From: a candidate division WS6 bacterium OLB20
Lineage (GTDB): Bacteria; Patescibacteriota; Dojkabacteria; B142; OLB20
Assembly (NCBI GenBank): GCA_001567355.1
Contig: JYNZ01000005.1
Span: 3,981 to 67,980 of the forward strand
Direction: 5' to 3'
DNA: 64,000 nt
The position numbers were made by a program, and so were the translations under genes. The notes beneath the pieces are model-generated. The model ran no database searches, had not been told where the DNA came from, and worked only from the letters and a program-made list of their open reading frames with translations. Positions 59,955-64,000 of this stretch are shown here, in pieces. How positions within the stretch are numbered: position 1 is the stretch's first letter; every line of letters begins with the position of its first letter.

Positions 59955-61262
59955 TTACTCTTTCACCTTCTGCGCATACTGCGCCGCTAACACCTTGTAT
60001 GAACGCAGGCGCATAGCAAGCAGCGTCAGCACAAAGCCGAGAAAACCGGTCGCCGTAAATAAAAGCGCAATCCCCCTGCCCGTCCCGACCCCGAACCATG
60101 CGCCGATGAGATCAACACCGGCACCATCAGTCATAAACGGTACAAAGACAAACTGTGCAACAGGACCGATCAGCAATGTGACGACAGGCGTTGCAATCTG
60201 CTCAATACTGACCGCCAGACCAAATACCCTGCCCTGAATGTTTACCGGGACAACGTTCTGGACAATAGTGTGTTCGATCGCTTCAATAAACGGAACAAAC
60301 AGAAAGTAACCGAACACACCGGCAGCAAACAGCACGATACTCGGCTGCAGAGCGAACAGAACGGTAATTCCCCACATGACAAGATTGACCTTGAACAGAT
60401 TTTTCACAGGCGTGCTGCCGACGCCGCGCCGCGTAATAATTAGTCCGCCGAGAATAAAACCGATACTGAGCACCCCCGATAAAATACCCCACTGTTCCTG
60501 CCGCATAAGCGAGAGCGCGTACGGATCGATCAACGGCATAAACACTCCACCAAGCATATTGTTGAAGCTGTTAAACAGAAACAGCCCCCAGAGCCCAGGT
60601 ACTGTCCCGATCGCTTTGAGGGTAGTCCTCACACTGAAGCTGCGATCGCTTGTTTCGTCAGTTTCGAGGTGGATTGTATCCTGCGGAATCCTGACGATCA
60701 ACAGATGTAAAACGGTTACTATTCTGATGACTATCGCCAGCAGCAGAATCCAGAACATCCCTGCCAGTGCAAGCAGTATGCCGCCAAGCATGGGAGCAAT
60801 AATAAAACCGACACCGGTAATCGTTCCGACCAGACCGTTGGCGCGGTCACGTTCCTCTTTTTTTACAAGAATGGTGATCAGTGCAGGCAGTGCAACATTC
60901 CGGACACCGGAGATGATAACTCCCAGAAATATCATCAGCACCATCCCCCAGAGCACGACACTGCCGTCACTCCTGAACTGCTCGACAGGTGTCTGCTGAT
61001 AGATTACAAATCCGATCACCAGGAAGATAAGCGAAATGATGTCGCCCCAGAGCATGACACTGCGCTTACTGCTGCGGTCGACGATGGGGCCGTAGATGAA
61101 TCCCGTCAGCACCATTGAGAGTGCATAGAATGCACTCATGATTGACGTGGCAAGCACAGAACCTGTTTCCAGGTATACCCAGATACTGACACCAAACCAG
61201 ACAAGAAACGTGATGACACTCGAAAGCAGCGTATTAAACGCTACCGCATAAAATGTACCCAT
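59955..61262 (-). CDS. MFS transporter
   Basis: 435 aa with 12 predicted TM helices and a G..R-type MFS loop motif. Confidence 0.7.
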   Translation of the reverse strand: MGTFYAVAFNTLLSSVITFLVWFGVSIWVYLETGSVLATSIMSAFYALSMVLTGFIYGPIVDRSSKRSVMLWGDIISLIFLVIGFVIYQQTPVEQFRSDGSVVLWGMVLMIFLGVIISGVRNVALPALITILVKKEERDRANGLVGTITGVGFIIAPMLGGILLALAGMFWILLLAIVIRIVTVLHLLIVRIPQDTIHLETDETSDRSFSVRTTLKAIGTVPGLWGLFLFNSFNNMLGGVFMPLIDPYALSLMRQEQWGILSGVLSIGFILGGLIITRRGVGSTPVKNLFKVNLVMWGITVLFALQPSIVLFAAGVFGYFLFVPFIEAIEHTIVQNVVPVNIQGRVFGLAVSIEQIATPVVTLLIGPVAQFVFVPFMTDGAGVDLIGAWFGVGTGRGIALLFTATGFLGFVLTLLAMRLRSYKVLAAQYAQKVKE

Positions 61263-61329
61263 GAGAAAAATCTGGACAACAGATCAATTGTATCAGGAAC
61301 ATCCGGCTGCATGTGCAGCACTTTAACTT

Positions 61330-62448
61330 TTGACGGCATTCCCGTACAATTCTTTTATTCATTACTCTCTTATTATGAACACAAAGGAGAAAGCTCTTCT
61401 CGGTGGAGGCATCCTGGGCGGCGTACTTGTCGCCGGCAATGCGAACAAGATTATCAAGGGGATTGCTGTCGGTATCGTCTGTATTCTGCTGGCCTTGTTT
61501 CTGACATGGAACAGTGTCAACGGAGTACGTGAGACATCCGTTGAAGTTGCCGGTCTCCCTCTGCTTGCAGCCGAAGAGGCCCGTGATCAGCGAGGTCTGG
61601 TAAAAGTGTACGGACAGCTGTCGACAGACGAACCAGTAGATGTCCAGGTTCTGCGCTGTAATGAAGCAGTCTGCATTAATCCCGAGACAGCATTTGAACG
61701 TGATGGAATGCTATACGCCCGCGTTGAGCTGCAGCGTTTTGAAGTGGAACGCGAGGTTGAGGAATCAGAGAAGACAGGAGACAGAGTCAGCGAAACGGTT
61801 AATTATACGAACAAATGGGTGACAAAAAGCGATACAAGCCAGTGGGCCGACGTGGCGCTGGACGGAATCGATGTTAATATCGACCGCGCCAGAACAATCA
61901 TTGACATGGAGCGCGAAGAGGTCGAGAACGTATATATCGAAGGTCTGACGCAGATTGAGACATTCGGCAGAACACCAGAAGAAGATGAGCCGGCATTTGG
62001 CACAACACGCGCGCTGATCACCTATCTTGATCAGGATGACCGCGAGTACACTGTTGTTGGCGAGATGCGCAGCGATGGCCTAAGCTCAGGCGATCCGTTT
62101 ATAGTCTCGGATAAATCTGACACACAGCTGATCGGCCAGCTCGGGGGCGAAGAGACGACATCCCGCTGGGTAATGCGCTTTATCGCTTTTGCACTGCTCA
62201 CCTTCGGGTTCACCTCCATGCTCAGTCCGATCCTGGTGTTTACCGACCTGATCCCTGTTGCAGGTACAGCAGCACGCAGTCTGGCAACGCTGATCAGCGC
62301 CATACTTGCAGGATTTATCGTTCTGCTGACAGTGTTCCTGCTTAACTACTGGTGGGTCATCCTGCTGATAATCATGCTTGCGATAGCGGCATTTGGATTC
62401 GTCACCTATCAGAAGGCAAAAGCTAAAGAGACGGCAGCAAAGAAGTAG
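61330..62448 (+). CDS. hypothetical membrane protein (N-terminal TM, central soluble domain, C-terminal 3 TM)
   Basis: 372-aa ORF; M16 (MNTKEK...) is an alternative start. No recognisable domain. Confidence 0.45.
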   Translation: MTAFPYNSFIHYSLIMNTKEKALLGGGILGGVLVAGNANKIIKGIAVGIVCILLALFLTWNSVNGVRETSVEVAGLPLLAAEEARDQRGLVKVYGQLSTDEPVDVQVLRCNEAVCINPETAFERDGMLYARVELQRFEVEREVEESEKTGDRVSETVNYTNKWVTKSDTSQWADVALDGIDVNIDRARTIIDMEREEVENVYIEGLTQIETFGRTPEEDEPAFGTTRALITYLDQDDREYTVVGEMRSDGLSSGDPFIVSDKSDTQLIGQLGGEETTSRWVMRFIAFALLTFGFTSMLSPILVFTDLIPVAGTAARSLATLISAILAGFIVLLTVFLLNYWWVILLIIMLAIAAFGFVTYQKAKAKETAAKK

Positions 62449-62713
62449 CGGATAAAGGGGTAAGGGAATAGCGTTGTCGTTGGAATACAATGGTCCAATA
62501 CTTAACCTTCCTGCTGGTTCTTAACCCTCTATCCGCAGAATCCGGGATTTACCAAATACAGGGATTATCAGCGCGAGAGGATGAACATCAGCATAGCACC
62601 GACAACTGCGATACCGATGACGATCGCCAGCCCGAGCTTAAGCATCTGTTTACTGTTGTAGTCCATTGTGAAATGTCTAACTGAGATATTGTAGCCTGCC
62701 CGCTGACAGGTGT

Positions 62714-63442
62714 CTAATATCCAAGCTGCGAATAGATGACGTCCCACTTCGGATACTCGTGAAAGAGCGGGTTTTTTGCCTGAAACACTTCGCGACCGTG
62801 AAAGACCATACGCAGACTGGTCCCCATCCAGTCGGACTTTGGGAGCAGCCGCATCATATCCTGTTCGATCTTTTCAGGCGCTGAGGCATCAGTCAGCAGA
62901 AGAGCTCGCGTGACACGGTTAACATGCGTATCAACAACAAATCCGGAAGGTGTGACACTGCCCCGTGGTAGTGCATTGTAGCGGTCCGGTTCGCTCTCTC
63001 CTTCATAGGGCGGATTCTCCGACGCAGGTGTAGCATACCAGTCGTTCAGGATAACATTGGCCACCTTGCGTCCCACACCTGGCAGCTTAAGCATGTCATC
63101 CATACTTGCCGGCACTTTGCCGTCAAACCGTTCCAAAAGCATACGTGCTGCCTGAATGATGCGTGCGGTCTTTGTTTTGTTGTAATTGATACGGCGGATG
63201 ATGTTCAATACTTCTTCAGGATCTGCCGCAGCAAGCGCTTCGGGGCTGCTGTAACGTTCAAACAGAACAGGAGTGACCAGGTTTGTTGTCTCGTCATTGG
63301 TCTGGGGTGAGAGCATGACAGCAATCAGAAACTCAAACGCGTTGCGGTGAAACAGCGGCGACCTTACAACGGGATAGTCTTCTTTGAGGTACCGGTTGAT
63401 GGTGTCAGCCTTTTCCTGTCCTGTAAGTGATAGATAGTCCAT
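62714..63442 (-). CDS. endonuclease III-like HhH-GPD DNA glycosylase lacking the [4Fe-4S] Cys cluster
   Basis: HhH-GPD motif LPGVGRKVANVIL with a downstream catalytic Asp (VVDTHVNRV). No C-x6-C-x2-C-x5-C cluster in the C-terminus. Confidence 0.65.
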   Translation of the reverse strand: MDYLSLTGQEKADTINRYLKEDYPVVRSPLFHRNAFEFLIAVMLSPQTNDETTNLVTPVLFERYSSPEALAAADPEEVLNIIRRINYNKTKTARIIQAARMLLERFDGKVPASMDDMLKLPGVGRKVANVILNDWYATPASENPPYEGESEPDRYNALPRGSVTPSGFVVDTHVNRVTRALLLTDASAPEKIEQDMMRLLPKSDWMGTSLRMVFHGREVFQAKNPLFHEYPKWDVIYSQLGY

Positions 63443-63537
63443 GCAGAAATTGTACCATGCTGACCCGAACAGGCCTGAGTCTTAGACTGTTTCTTCTGTC
63501 CAGACCATCCACAGTGATTTGCCAGCTGTAACCGTCG

Positions 63538-64000
63538 GTGCTACAGTTGATCATGGTAAAAGCACTTATTCTTGTTTTCCTGTTCATCAGTACTCTGGCA
63601 GCTCCGCTTAAGGTTTCTGCATTTGAGTCTGCGACTCTCCCGTTTGATAACCCCGCACCTCCCGTGCCGACGCCTTCTGTTCAACGGCCGGCACTCCAGA
63701 ACCTGCGCCGACAGTTGTTCCAACCAGCAATCCACTGGAAAACATAGCCCAGCAGACAGTTGTTGAACCAGCGCAAAACCAGCCACAGGTGACAGCAACT
63801 CAACAACCAGGTGCAACACAATCCGAAAATCAGCCGACCGGCCAGGTTACAGTTACAGCGACAACCCCGGCACAGGCCACACAGACATCGGCACCGCAGC
63901 CGACTCAGTCAGCTTCAAATGATCCTGTCGCCCAGGGCAGTAATTCTGCTGATGATGTCTTGCGTCTGCGTGAGTCCGCAGGCAGGACCCCGCAACCACA
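63538..64000 (+). CDS. secreted Pro/Thr/Gln-rich protein, partial (runs off the window), with a probable frameshift near 63680-63700
   Basis: Signal peptide MVKALILVFLFISTLAAPLKVSA in the 63538 frame, which stops at 63747. A second frame opens from about 63650 and runs to the window end without a stop, reading P/T/Q-rich sequence (...PEPAPTVVPTSNPLENIAQQTVVEPAQNQ...). Confidence 0.4.

Noticed and set aside
1-64000. Searched for CRISPR arrays, transposases, integrases, phage structural genes, restriction-modification and toxin-antitoxin pairs
   Set aside because: None are present. The only tandem or dispersed repeats are the intragenic LamG/DUF2341 repeats of the giant genes, and no short regularly spaced direct repeats were seen.

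Overview
This 64-kb window is bacterial chromosome with about 50% GC. Tight operons and a reduced gene set suggest an uncultivated lineage, possibly Patescibacteria/CPR-like, but that is inference only.

Recognisable housekeeping genes include folD, glyA, recJ, the gatCAB operon, rplS, rnhB, yraN, recX and sppA. There is a VanY-type peptidase, an ABC exporter and five tRNAs: Asn, Lys, Leu, Asp and Arg.

The accessory content is as follows:
- A glycosyltransferase locus (a fused double GT4 coupled to a processive GT2 with a QxxRW motif) at 19745..23835.
- A secreted lipoprotein thermonuclease.
- An 18.4-kb tandem array of three giant paralogous secreted proteins (26138..44514), each about 2,000 aa. 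Each is built from DUF2341-like modules plus many LamG/ConA-type jellyroll repeats, and all three share a conserved C-terminal tail. The three are translationally coupled through overlapping stop/start motifs.
- A zinc-acquisition pair (a COG0523 CobW-like GTPase and ZnuA).
- A block of nucleotide-metabolism-like hypothetical genes: Ham1-like, an NDT/LOG-like domain fused to an RHH, and a DUF1704-like protein.
- A hexokinase-family kinase.
- An OmpR-type response regulator, a cytoplasmic histidine kinase and a PAS protein.
- A kinase-like protein translationally coupled to a CarS/DUF46-like membrane protein.
- TauE, MFS, an alpha/beta hydrolase and an endonuclease III-like protein lacking the FeS cluster.

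At least five genes carry apparent single-nucleotide frameshifts: glyA (A6 run), recJ, giant genes B and C (both at T8 runs), and the last partial gene. Three of the five sit in homopolymers, so assembly indel error is as likely as true phase variation or pseudogenisation.

No CRISPR array, transposase, integrase or rRNA was found.
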